From contig OZ176052.1 of the NCBI GenBank assembly GCA_964247055.1, positions 11,904,001 through 11,968,000 on the forward strand: a stretch of 64,000 bases of DNA, read 5' to 3'. The first letter of the stretch is position 1, and every line of letters begins with the position of its first letter. Under the pieces are notes generated by a model. It was not told the origin of the DNA. It did no database searches and worked only from the letters and a program-made list of their open reading frames with translations. Position numbers and translations under genes: made by a program. This document shows, piece by piece, positions 1-12,329 of this stretch. The stretch comes from Paragordius varius (Eukaryota > Animalia > Nematomorpha).

Positions 1-281
1 TCGTACACTTTTATTTGGTAATTTAATTATGTTAATATTTTATACTCAATTTTTTTGTTTAACGATTTTTTTGGTATCCTTAAGAATGAAAATGGATGGC
101 ATAGAAATGTCATAAATTAGTTAGATATATTTAAGCCATTGCAAGTTTTTTTTCACCATTAAAAAGGATATCAAAGATAAAATCGTTAACATACATAGAT
201 TGTTGCAATATTTAAGCTTTTTTATAATAAATAATTATTATTTGACTTTGAAAATTTTGTGCTTTTTTCTTTTGTGCATTA

Positions 282-1405
282 CACTAGACAACAAATTTTT
301 CTGCCACTCGAGTTTTTTGCATTTTTTGATATTTAATATCATTTTAACAGAAAATCTGAAATAAAAATTATAACTCGTTGGAAGAATTTTGTATAATTTG
401 ATTTTTTAGATTATGCGCCCTCTTTATCAAAATTTTACTAAAAAATTTTTTTCTTAAAAAATATACAAGTAATGCCCATTTGTAATATATCATTCGAAAG
501 AGTATTAAAAACTCTATAAAATATATACTAATATGTATTACATTGACAGATAATATTGGACACAAAGAGCGACAAACGCGCGAAGCGAGAGCATTTTTTT
601 TAATTATTATATTTTTAAAACTAATGGATAAAAATAGCTCAAACTTTGTTTAGATGGAGATGAATGTCCAAAAAAGATAACACAAAAAAGTTTTTTTTGA
701 TTATAACTTTTTTTATTGCTTTTATGTCACTCAAAACAGCCATTTTTAAGTTTTTTGTTTTTTAAAATTACCATTTCACCAATATTAATTTATTTTCTTT
801 ACAAGGCTGATAATTTCGAAAATTTAAAGATAAAAACAAAGTTTAAGGTATTTTTGATCTTTTGTAGCCATTATGTAATAAATTTACAGTTATAACTATG
901 CATTTTAGTATCCACTAGGTAAAATATTTATGATAATAATAATTTTTATTAAAAAAGCAAACCAAAAGCTTTTTCAAACATTTTTTTTAATTTAAATACT
1001 AATATAACCCTAATAATTATATTAAAACAATTTATATGATTTTCAAATTAGTTTGTCTGTGAAAATTCTTGACTTATTTAAGGATTGAAAATTTTGACCA
1101 TTTAAATCCAAATAACTTTTACATCCGATGGATTTAAATGACTTATTACCATTTAAAAAATGCAGTTTTTTGCGCTCTTTCGAATGATATAAAATACATG
1201 GCTTCATATATAAAACTTTAAATTTTTGAAATTTCGAGTTTAATGTTAAATTGGGGCCAAAAATTATCGATAAACTCTAATATAAAAAAATTCTTCCATG
1301 TAAGACCAATTTTCTTTTCAGATATACTAATTATGTACTTTAATGAAATAAATTTTAAATTTACAAGAATGGCAGTTAAAAAAAGTTAAAATTTGTTGTC
1401 TAGTG
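282..1405 (+). mobile_element. Non-autonomous DNA transposon (MITE), CAC...GTG termini, 3-bp TTA TSD; CMC/Chapaev3-like, copy 1
   Basis: Left end CACTAGACAACAAATTTT at 282. Right end AAAATTTGTTGTCTAGTG ends at 1405. TTA flanks both ends. Near-identical to 27509-28603 (reverse orientation) and 60222-60958. Confidence 0.9.
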
Positions 1406-1953
1406 TTATAAAGCAAAGCATTCTTCATTTCATACATTTAAAATTTTACCACTTCTAATAAAACCGTCCTTTTTAAATTGTATTGAAAGAAAGTTTAACT
1501 ATGAATATTTTTGATATTTTGCAAAATATATTCATCTTTATATTTAGACAAAAAAGATTCTGCAATCATGGAAAAAATTAATTTGACCTTGGTATATTTT
1601 ATTTAGTTTATATCACTTTTAAATAAAAAAAATGCTACAAATAATTTTAGGGTAGTTTTTAATAATTAGTTTATTTACTTCAAAGTTTTTTATAATCTGT
1701 TCTTATATGTTTTTCTAATTTTTTAGTGTATTTATAGGCTATAAATTTGAATTTTATTAATGTAATTAATCTATTTAACTTTTTTTAAAAAAAAGTTTTT
1801 TATGAATTTGATATGATATAGGATTGACTAGAATTATTCTTATCTTACACCTTTTTATCTTGATAATTATACAAACAATTTTATCCTAAAATTTTGCAGA
1901 TATATTTGTAATATGGGCAAAAGATTTCATAAAAAATTGAAAATTTTATATAG

Positions 1954-4945
1954 GATCACCTAATAGAATTGATATCAAATCGATTGCATCTATCATCCTC
2001 ACAATTAGATAACAATAATATGAATAATCATGAAATTATGAATAGTAGGAAAAGAGATGATTCATTGTTTAGTATCCCTATTTTTGATGTCATAAAATTG
2101 AATGCAACATTTTTGACGCATTTTTGTCAAGATTTTTACACCCTGGTGTCTTTAACTGCCGAAACCTTAGATGAAACAAAGAGGTATGATTTCTAAAATT
2201 TAAAAGGGTTATGATAAGATTCAATTTCTTCTGTTTAAAATATTTAGTCAGGTAAATTTATTAGCTTTCAAATTTTTTAAAAAATTTATTTTAGTAGAAT
2301 TTTTATTGTTAAAACTTTCCAAAACTTTTTGTCATCTTTAATCTGTTTAGAGATGTTTGGTATGGCAACATAATTATATACTTTGTCACATATTGCTATC
2401 TTAACGATTATCAAGAAAGCATAAATTTCATCATGTCCACACTTTTTATGGATGCTTCAAAAGCAATAAAAGTATTTATAATTATGGAATTATTATAAAA
2501 ATAATCTTTTTAATAGGTATTATAGACATAATATTTGTGGTTCGTAAATATTTAAAAGTTTACCATATGTGTACTCTAAATTTTAGCGGAACTCATTTTA
2601 CAAAATTGTTGAAAGTTGCTTTAATATGGGTGTATCGATATCATCTCTGACCAATTTTTCAAGAGCCTTACCAAATACTCGTATTAATGATGACCAAAGC
2701 CTTACAGTTATATGCAATCGATCGTTGGAACAATTAAAGTTTGTTTTAGATCAGGACAACAATTTCAATCATTCAGTATCAATCCAAAAGTATTTGATAA
2801 TTTTTTTTATGACTATTTATATAACAAATATATTTATTACTTTAATTACTGCAAATTAAAATTTTACTTACTCTATTACTTTAATAATTGCAAAATTAAA
2901 ATTTTTTATTTTTTTAGGTTTAAGATTGTTCTGCAAAGTTTAATTATATCCATATATCCAATCCTATGCAAACTTCAGATCTCAGGTTTTTTTCGTCATA
3001 ATTATAATTAGAATCAGAAAATTTTATTGAAAATGAACAAATTTTCTCATCTTTTCTCACCGTTAGCAATTCATTTTTACATCTCGTGACAGAAAATACT
3101 GATGAAACGCATAGTTTTTTGAATAATCTTACAAATATCCATGATTATATTGCCTACACATATGAAGATATATTATATATGAAAGGTTATTATCTATATA
3201 TCAAATATATATATATATAGAGTGATTATTAAGGTTTACGTAGCTACATAATTTGGTTAACGTGGTTTGAGGATTAAAAAAATATTTTTAAAAATTTTTA
3301 ATATTTTTTAGTATTCAATATTTTCATAAATTATACCTATTATATATTATTAAGATCATTTTTACAAATTTTTACGCTTTATATTTAAAAAGCTAACACT
3401 TTAAAAAAGAATATTATTTGATTTCATTAAACTTAATGAATCTTATTTCGGATATGCCAACTCCTAATAAACCCTCAAATTTTGAGTTTTTGTTATACTA
3501 TAATTATAAAATTAATTTTACCGATTTGTCCAAAACGTAGATTACACGAAAAAATTGGAAACATACCGAATCCTGGAAGAATTTTTAGACCAAATATTCC
3601 ATTATTCATCGTCCATTACAAAACATCAAATAGTTTCAAGTTTAATAGATACAAATTTCGATTATTATGAGGCTATACAGGTTTATATTGATCATTTTTA
3701 AATTTTAATATTGGGTATACATTGTAAATTATCTCAAGTTTACAAATTTTCTCCATAGGATTTCCACAAAATCGAAGAAAAATACGCTGTTTTGAAGCCA
3801 AATTGCCTATATAAATCTAATTTACACGAAACTATTGTGAAATGTTTATCAGCAAAAAAGATACGAAATTTGGATCGTCGTAATATTGTGTTTAAAAAAC
3901 GGTCTGAACCTCTCTGTTCACTTTCACAATCTGATATTCCCCTTCAAGTTAAACACACTTTTGTTTAAAAACTTTTTTTGGATTTCAGTGAAAAATAACT
4001 CCTATTTGGTTCAAAATTTAATAATTCTCTCGTTTATTTTTTTTTCGTATCAAGGCTTAATTCACGTAAAGCTATTTAATCTGAATTTCTCTAATAATTT
4101 ATGTTTTAACCATTTTAAATTTGTATTAACATATTTTATAGAAATACTAATTTTTTTGAAAATGATATATGTCATATTTCAGTGTTGTTTTAGCATTTAA
4201 TATATCTGTAATAATTTTATTAACTTTATATCATCCTTATTTTACCATATTACATTTATCAATTTTAAAATTAATATATGTTTAAGGGACCACATAATTC
4301 AAATCAACCTATCATTCACCAATTATTTAGTTTCTTGAACGAATCTACGTGCACTCTTAGTGATATTGACCTTATAAAAATAATTCTTGAAAAGATATTT
4401 TTCAAATCATACACTTTTCCACATATATTTGGGTATATTGATACATCAATATTGAATACAGAATTATTGAATAAACGAAATGGACTTAATTCACATTTAC
4501 TAACATATACTTAAATCAAATCTTTATATTATTTATAAAAAAATAGAATTTTTTCAATATTTTACCGGAAAAACATGTATAAGCTTCGGTCTCTAAATAT
4601 AGCAAATTTAAGTTTTGAAATTATTTTTTTTTATTTTCCTTGTTCTTTCGTTTTTTTAATGATTTTCTTTAATGACAAATTTTATGATAATAATGTAAAT
4701 TATGTGAAAGCTTTATTAAGATAGAATCAATTATTTATGAAATTAAGTGATAATTTTTGTTTAAAAACACTTTTTATAATCCTATAAATTTTAGTTGCCA
4801 AACATACTTAAATATATAATAGATTTGATAATGGTTTATCTGATCCAATAAGCTTGGATGAAATTTTATTGGCATCTGTACAGTCTGGTCAGGAAAATCA
4901 AATTTTTTGGCCCCCTTTAGAATACTATAAGGAATTTGGATTAAG
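1954..4945 (+). CDS. Unidentified multi-exon protein-coding gene (partial model, about 465 aa recovered)
   Basis: Phase-consistent GT-AG exon chain: 1954-2183, 2351-2471, 2587-2789, 2918-2985, 3012-3185, 3541-3680, 3759-3947, 4287-4432, 4823-4945. It reads DHLIELISNRL...DVWYGNIII...DYTKKLETYRILEEFLDQIF...LDEILLASVQSGQENQIFWPPLEYYKEFGL. No family recognised. Start and stop are not determined and some junctions have alternatives. Confidence 0.55.
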
Positions 4946-5094
4946 GTATTATTTATTATAATATTTGTATAATATTACGGTATATTATTGTTCCGTGTTA
5001 TTATTATGAGAAATTTTCACACTTTTTAATTATCCAAATTTAAACGCGCATATTTTGTTATATTTTATATAATATTGTTTTCTATTAAATAAAT

Positions 5095-5660
5095 TTTGTT
5101 TGCGGCCTTCCCCCTATGCTTTTCTTCAGAATTCATTAGCACTGTATAAGTTATTTCAGTGGGCCATATGCCATAAAAAGGTTGAATATTTAGTAATGGT
5201 ATTTTCTTTTTGCTTTCTTGCTTAACTTAGGAAATAATTCTTCTCCGCTTTTATACCGCCTTATATATAGCCTACCTTTAGTTCTTAGAGTTAGATGCGG
5301 ATTTTATAAATCAGCTTTAATTGATGAATCTTTGCCCATCATTTGTCTCGCTATATGATTTCTTTGTCACATTTGCCATCATTGTTGTCAAGCTAAGATG
5401 GTTTAAATATTTAAAAGTTATTATTTTAATAAGAAGGAGAGTAGGCACTCTGGTCCAAGACTAATGGATGATGACTCAACTCAAGATTTAGTGTTGACCT
5501 GCTTTGTAGTTGCATCTTCATTATTCTACTTTTACATTCTACTTTTTATTAAATTTCCTTTTTATTTTTTATAATCCAAAACTTGTATAGGCCAAATTGT
5601 TCAAATTGATACCAACATTCTTTTCGCAGATATAAAATTGAGATTTTTTGTCCGGTTATC
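5095..5660 (-). pseudogene. Degenerate 3' fragment of an RTE-type LINE ORF
   Basis: Minus-strand translation across stops and frameshifts gives IMITG..., FKYL...NDGKCDKEII*R..WAKIHQLK and GRPQNK. These are colinear with the C-terminus of the intact LINE at 60976 (ILITG, FPYLG..SDG..WAKFNQLK, GRPK). Confidence 0.55.
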
Positions 5661-5807
5661 ATTATTTTTTATTTATATTAATTTTCATAAGGTAGTTTTT
5701 GTTCCATTTTTATATACCTTTTTTCTAATACTAATACTTTTTGCCATTTTGCTGCTAAAATTAAAATATTAGCAAAAAGGGGAAATACTGGTTCTTTTGT
5801 TCATTTA

Positions 5808-6914
5808 CAGTCATGTAGACTTTATATCAAAATTTATTTTTTTTCATTAAATGGGTATTAATATTTGGTAAAGCATATATAACAAGAGCTATATGGTATT
5901 ACCATATCATCTTTAAAAAAGTAAAAGAAGTGTGGGGGAAGGGCGTCGAAAATCTTTGGTAAAAAATGAAAATCTCGAAATATTGTTAAAGGGGAATAGT
6001 AATATTTTTGTTAATTTTTTAGCAAAATTTTATATAATAATTTTTTTGATAAAATTCTTATTTAATACCTAGATTCAAATTGGCGTATCTTAATATACCC
6101 CAGACTAAATTTGAGTTAGGATTTTTAAAAAACTAGTGAAAGAAACGGTCCCACTTTAAATATATGCTTTTTCCTAATAAAAATTATATATGCCAAAATA
6201 TCTAAATAAAATTTTGTTTTGAAAAAAAGTTCCATGTCAAACAACTTCGACGTTATTTTTATTTTACAAAATATTTGCAAAATGTCGTCTTCATTTAGTG
6301 TTAAGGGTAAAATTCAAGCTAATTTTTTATTTAAATCATATCTAACATTGATAGAAATAGAAAAAGCGATTTATTTTGTATTATTTTTCAATTTTACTAT
6401 TGCACACATGTCACGTTGACTAAATTTTTACCTTTTGGTTTAAATAAAAATGAATGTGTTGTATCCAAGTGTTAAACAAAACAAATTAACCACTTAAATA
6501 TAGATTTTTATGTATAGTTAAAAAATATTTATTATAATTTTTTAAATAGGATATCACAATAAACAAACCGGGGTTACATCCAAACGAAATTGGATCAAAT
6601 TGATTATTTAATATAGCATCTATCGTGAAAATCCCTTTTAAAATCGTTCCCTTATCAAAACAAAAAAAAATATAATTGAGATAAAAATTACGTTTTTCCT
6701 AACCCTTTTATACAATAATTTTAAGTGAAGGGTTAGTAGTAAGTGTATTTTCATTTTTTACCAAAGATTTTCGACGCCTTTCCCCACACTTCTTTTACTT
6801 TTTTATATGATATAGTAATACCATATAGCTCTTGTTTTTATATTCTTTACCAAATATTAATACCCATTTAACGAAAAAAAGTAAATTTTTGATAAAATAA
6901 AGTTTACATGACTG
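5808..6914. mobile_element. Tc1/mariner-type non-autonomous element with about 170-bp TIRs and TA TSD
   Basis: TA|CAGTCATGTAGAC at 5806 and GTTTACATGACTG|TA ending at 6916. About 5808-5975 is the reverse complement of about 6745-6914. A piggyBac-like MITE is nested inside. Confidence 0.8.
6066..6471 (+). mobile_element. piggyBac-like MITE, internally deleted copy with a degenerate left end
   Basis: Colinear with 42054-42630. Right end TATCCAAGTG|TTAA at 6471. Confidence 0.75.
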
Positions 6915-7724
6915 TATATTTATTATAAATAGTAAGTAGTAAGTGGATCTTAGGTGTAATCCACTAGCAATCCTTAAGATTTCTATCTCCTTTAAGTATT
7001 TTTATAATTGTATGATGGCAAATGTAATTGGATGGATGGTTGTATTACTATCGAGGTCGACTTTTTAGAAATACCGAAATGTTTAGCATTAATAGTGAAT
7101 CACATAAAGGGTTTTATTAATAAAATTCAACATAATACATAGTTTGATTAGTTCGAGAAAGTCAATAAAATATGCATATTAATTTGTCCCCCGAATTATT
7201 CGCATAGTTTCATATAGAATAAGGACTAATAAAATATGATACTTCTCCCTTGTAAAATAATATTTATTTTATTGTGCCTTTGTAGTCTTATAACATATAA
7301 ATATTAAACAGGGATGGGCGAATAGTCAAAAACATTTTGAAATACCCGTTTGTTTGGGATGTATTGTTGTTAATGCTGCGCACAGATGAAACAAGGATAA
7401 CAATAAAGCAATCACATGCTTATATCCTATTTGCTACAATGAGTTATTGTATGTTACTTTGGGAAAATGGGAGAGAAGGCCTGGCAATTGAAAATGGTCC
7501 TCTTTATAAATTAACTTTGGACCTTTTTGTCACACTCAATAAAGTAAATTTTAAATAATTTATTTTATTTAATTTTTTAAAGCTTGTATTATGACTAATA
7601 AAGCACCTAGATACTTTGACGATATGCTAAAATTTCGAGTCATGACATGCTTTAAAACCAAAAAAAATTACGTTTTCTATTTTTGTTAACATTAACTATT
7701 AAATTATATAAAATGTTTAAAAAA

Positions 7725-7841
7725 AATTGAAAAGGCTTTTGATTTGCTTTTTTAATAAATATTATTATCCATATTACTTTACCTAGTGGATACTAAAATG
7801 CATAGTTAAACTCAAGTGGCAGAAAATTTTGTTGTCTAGTG
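7725..7841 (-). mobile_element. Deleted fragment of the CAC..GTG/TWA MITE family
   Basis: Ends in GGCAGAAAATTTTGTTGTCTAGTG|TTA at 7841, joined directly to sequence matching the reverse complement of about 900-970 of copy 1. Left boundary approximate. Confidence 0.7.
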
Positions 7842-9227
7842 TTATTGAATGAATTTAGTTATATAAGTTTTCAGTATCACATAGGATTATAATGGTGTTT
7901 TTGTATTTTAACATATGTTATGATTCATTTTTAAAAATATTAACATGTAAGAATACCACATTTTATAATGTTAATTGAATATCTCAAAGGAAAGGTGTTA
8001 TATAAAAAGTTTATAAAGATTTACCCAAATATATACAATTTATTCATTTTTTATATAATTTTTTAGTTTAAAATGCTCATGCATCCGTACAACCATATTT
8101 CTATCATAATGCCATATATGCTGACATATGATGTCTATTTAGTATTAACTGCTATATGGAAACAAATTTACCAGGTTATTACCTAATTACCTATAAATAG
8201 CCATATTTTTAGTTTAAAAGTCATGTATGTCATGGAAAAATGTTAGTTTAGACAAGTAAATATTTTTTTTCTTTTAACCAATTAAATAACCGTATTACTT
8301 ATTTGTCTAATCACTTCACTATTTTGTGTTCTAAAATATCTACGGAGGTAATTGATTTATTTAAGTAAATGGATAGGAGTAAATACTTTTTTTAGATTTG
8401 TTTTGTGTAATGTTGCAGTTTTGAATCAATAACTTTCATAATTATTTATTAATTATACTGTTAATGGGAATTAACTAATTCCAAATATTTAAACACCAAT
8501 ATTATTAAAACCTTTAACTGCTTATACAAATGGCCAGTCAAAAACAATCAAATATATGTTGATCAGAAAATAATAATAGAAGTTAAATTAATTCAAAAAT
8601 ATTTTCCATGGAATAATTTTGAATATATTTCCATTTAAAATAATTATAACATTACCTATCGGTAAAAAACTGCCTTTATAAGCACTTACATCGGATCATA
8701 TTTTTTGGCTGGTGAAACAATCCACCCATATATAATTATGATAAAACCAAAACGATGTACTTTAATAGAAGTAATACGCTTTATTCCAATCACATTGTAA
8801 ATATTTATGTTTATATTTTAATAATGCATGACATAACTATATCATAATTATTTTCTAGGCTTATAACGACGACGTAATGATTGAAGATAATAATTTATTG
8901 AGGACAATATTTCACAAACACATTAACAATATCGGGATCCACTATAAGTTGTTCTTTTAATCACTTTTTATCATATCGTGGAAATACTGGAATCAAATGG
9001 TTTCCGAATTGTGAATCTTGTGTAATATAATATGAACTGGATAACGCACTTAATTGCTGATCTAAATTATGAAAAAATACCTGCAAAAATATTTTTTGAC
9101 TTGGATTCCCATTACTGGGATCAACAACTTGTTTATACTATGAAATTAACATAAAAAAACTTGAATTTCGTTTTCAGGTTTTTCGGTATGATCCATCACG
9201 CATTCATCATGTCATAATAAATATTAA

Positions 9228-9779
9228 CACTTGTTGGATACACTTTGATTCAAATTGGGGTAGTTAAATACTCCAGGCCTGTTTAAAATTAAATAATTTT
9301 AAAATTATGGAAGGAATAGGAACCATGGCAAAATTTTGCACTTATTTAACAGTAATAACCGGAATATATAAAAAACTTTTTTCAAAAACACTTGATATTA
9401 CTTATTTTAAGGTAAAACCCAAAGGTAAAAATTTAATCAATGTGACATGTGTGCATTGGCTAAATTGAAAAATAATACAAAAACCACTTTTTCTATTTAT
9501 ATTAATAATAGATGGGATTTAAATAAAAAATTAGCTTTAATTATACCTTAAAAAATAAAGAAACACGATATTTTGCAAAATAAAAATGGCATCCAAGTAG
9601 TTTGACATGGAACTTTTTTCTCAAAACGAAATTTCATTAAGATATTTTAGCTTTTTTATATAATGTTTATTAGGATAGAAGCATATATTTAAATTAGGAC
9701 CGTTTCCTTCAGTAGTTTTTTTAAAATTTAAACTTTAATTTGTCTGGGGTATTTAGATACCCCAAATTGAATCAAAGTG
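9228..9779 (-). mobile_element. piggyBac-like MITE with TTAA TSD
   Basis: TTAA|CACTT...AAGTG|TTAA. Subterminal GGGGTA..TACCCC/TACTCC palindromes at both ends. Reverse-orientation copy of 42054-42630. Confidence 0.88.
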
Positions 9780-10739
9780 TTAAATTATATATTGTGTTGT
9801 TATAGAGCTAAGATCGGTGTCGAATAGTCGCTATTTTGTAAGTGCGGTTTCGCTCTACGGTTAGGTGTGATGGATATCAATTTTTGCATTGTAAGCTGGT
9901 TTCTTTGCTAAAATTATCGAAATAACGCATTTTGCATCTACCACGTTTTCTTTTGCCCGGAGGATGATATTTTGCGGTAGTTTTTTACCACACAGATTTT
10001 AAAGTAAACAAAGTACCTTTAGATATTGTTTTATCTGGCAAAAACTGTTCTCTTGTATATTTAAGAAAGTTTATATTTTTTACAATTCCATAACTAATAA
10101 AGTCCCAAAGTTAGACAGCAAAACTCGATTGAAATAGTGATAACGTTAAAATCATTAAATATCGAAATTATGCTGCTAAAGTACTATTGATTTTATATTT
10201 TTTCACTATAATATCTATATATATATATATATATTTGCCTCTTTGTATAGCAAAAGAATTCAATGATAAAAATAATGGCGAAAAGTTTGAGATGAGCATT
10301 TTTTTTAGAAAAAATCATCATGCCCCTAAAAGGCTTAAGAAAGCATATTTTTTAATTATGCACAAAACTATAGATATTTTTTGAGATATTTGAATATTTA
10401 ATGGGGGTACAAAACTACCCCTAAATGCAAGGAAGTGTAATAAAATGATAATTTTTTGGCAGTTTTTTACGCAAAAGTATAATTAATAATTTTTTATATA
10501 GAGAGTATATTCTGAAATTTTGATACAATAAGTTTTTAGTAAAATAACAGTGGGAAATTGGCAGGTAATATATATATATATTATGTTAGATGGCTGGCGA
10601 CAGATATAAAATTAAAAATTTTGTGATCATAGCTCCTTAAAGAAAAATCGTAAAATTTCGCGCTATTAAATTTTTATGAAATCTATTATAAAAATATTTT
10701 AAAATCTATCATAAACTATATATAAAAGTCAAAACAATA

Positions 10740-11340
10740 TATTATTTTTTAGATATAGGATCTGAAAGTCGCAATTTTTTGCAGGACCTAAGCCTCCAAA
10801 ATCGGGGGGTAAAAAATAACCTGAGGAATATGTAATATGATAGAAATCTATCAAGATTATCGTGTTTGGTTTTGGCCTTATGAGTGATATAAGAAGGTTA
10901 TTACAGTTTTGTCATATCGGAAAATGGCAAAATTTGAGTTCCTTTTTTGTAAATTTTTTTTTGGTGAAAGCTAAATGATTTATTCTAAAAAATATCAATA
11001 AAATATATTCTAAATTACCTATAAAAAGTAAAACAATATTTATAAAATATTTAAATTTTTCTGATCTGGACTCCGAAAATCCCAAATTCTTTTGATCTTC
11101 TAAAATGGACTAGTTCTTTAAAAATAAACATAAAATTGCCGGGACGGGATGAAATTTTCACATCAAAAAAATATTTTTTAAAAAATGCAAACTTTTTACA
11201 AAAATTTAATTTTTATAGCAAAATTTTGTTGAAGCGTACTTATACTTTTTTAGGCATGATGGAAATGGTATTAAACGATTTAAGGTATATTAAAACGCTT
11301 TTACCATATTATTTGATGATGCTTAACATTTCGCTTTAGA
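10740..11340. repeat. Old interspersed repeat, diverged copy of about 29120-29770
   Basis: Shared colinear blocks TTTGGTTTTGGCC, CATATC(G/A)GAAAATGGCAAAATT, GGCATGATG(G/A)AAA and GATGA.(G)CT.AACATTTC. Boundaries approximate and family unassigned. Confidence 0.55.
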
Positions 11341-11964
11341 ACAAAAATTTAACGGTTTGTTTACATTTTGGTGAATTTTTATAAGAAAACACAATATATA
11401 TGACATAAATTTGAAGACGAACTAATATTTAATTGGAAAGGGGGCGATTCAAATATTAATAACGCATCACCTTACGAATAAAAATGCATAACCAATAAAT
11501 AAATCTCAATATATCATTTTTGTTGGAATAAATATTCGATTAATTTAATGTTTTAATCTGTCGTTATATGTAACCTTGCGGCTAAGGCGTGATATTCGTG
11601 GGGTTTTTTTTCTATATACATATATTTATGAAAAACCCTTTGCAAATTTTTTTCACACAAAATTTTTTTTTCAATTTTTACGCCTATCAAAAAAATTGAC
11701 AAAATATCTGAGATATGACTTTTTAGTTAATATTTTGTGCTGTCTCCTGTATTGCAGCAAAAGGGTTTTATTGTACATTTTATGGTTTTAACCTGGATAA
11801 TATTTTAAAAATAAAAATGGAATGATATACCATCTCAAATTCTCCCTTACAATTAATTCCACCCTTGAACACTTCAAATTCACCCTATAAATTAATTATG
11901 GATTTTTGATAATATAACCCATCATTAACATGAAATATTTTTTTATGATATAGTTTATTTTCAT

Positions 11965-12000
11965 TAGATGGCCCTGTCACGCTTCGCTGTGACCTAGTCT
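11965..12000 (-). mobile_element. Candidate Helitron 3' terminus (hairpin followed by CTAA)
   Basis: Minus strand reads GGTCACAGCGAAGCGTGACAGGGCCATCTAAT: a GTCAC/GTGAC stem followed by a CTRR-like end. It interrupts a TACCATT-type MITE that begins at about 11828. Confidence 0.4.
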
Positions 12001-12329
12001 CACCGATAATTATTCTTAAAATTTGCAATAAATAGAGGTAATGGAGATAAAAAAATAATAAAAAACTTATTTAACAAAAAGAATGTCTTTAATTATTCTT
12101 TTACGGGTTTTTGCATAGGCTCAAATATTGTTTATTAGAAATTGACCATATTTAAACTGTCCCTAATTAAAGTTAATAATTAACTATCATTGGAATTATT
12201 TTAAGAAAGGTTTACTAAATTATGGTTTAAGGTTTTATTATGAATTGTTTTCGCACAGCTGGGATCAAGGTATATAAAAGGTGATCATGTGTAGTCCCTT
12301 TTTAAAGGAAATAATGATATTATTCAAAT

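Noticed and set aside
368-565. 65-aa ORF repeated almost identically at 60308-60505 (MCPILSVNVIH...)
   Set aside because: It lies inside the CAC..GTG MITE and has no transposase or other motif. The duplication only reflects the repeat copies.
8060-9150. Possible further exons (for example FKMLMHPYNH..., YNDDVMIEDNN..., MNWITHLIADLNYEK...)
   Set aside because: They could not be joined into a phase-consistent model or matched to a family. They may be real but cannot be supported from reading alone.
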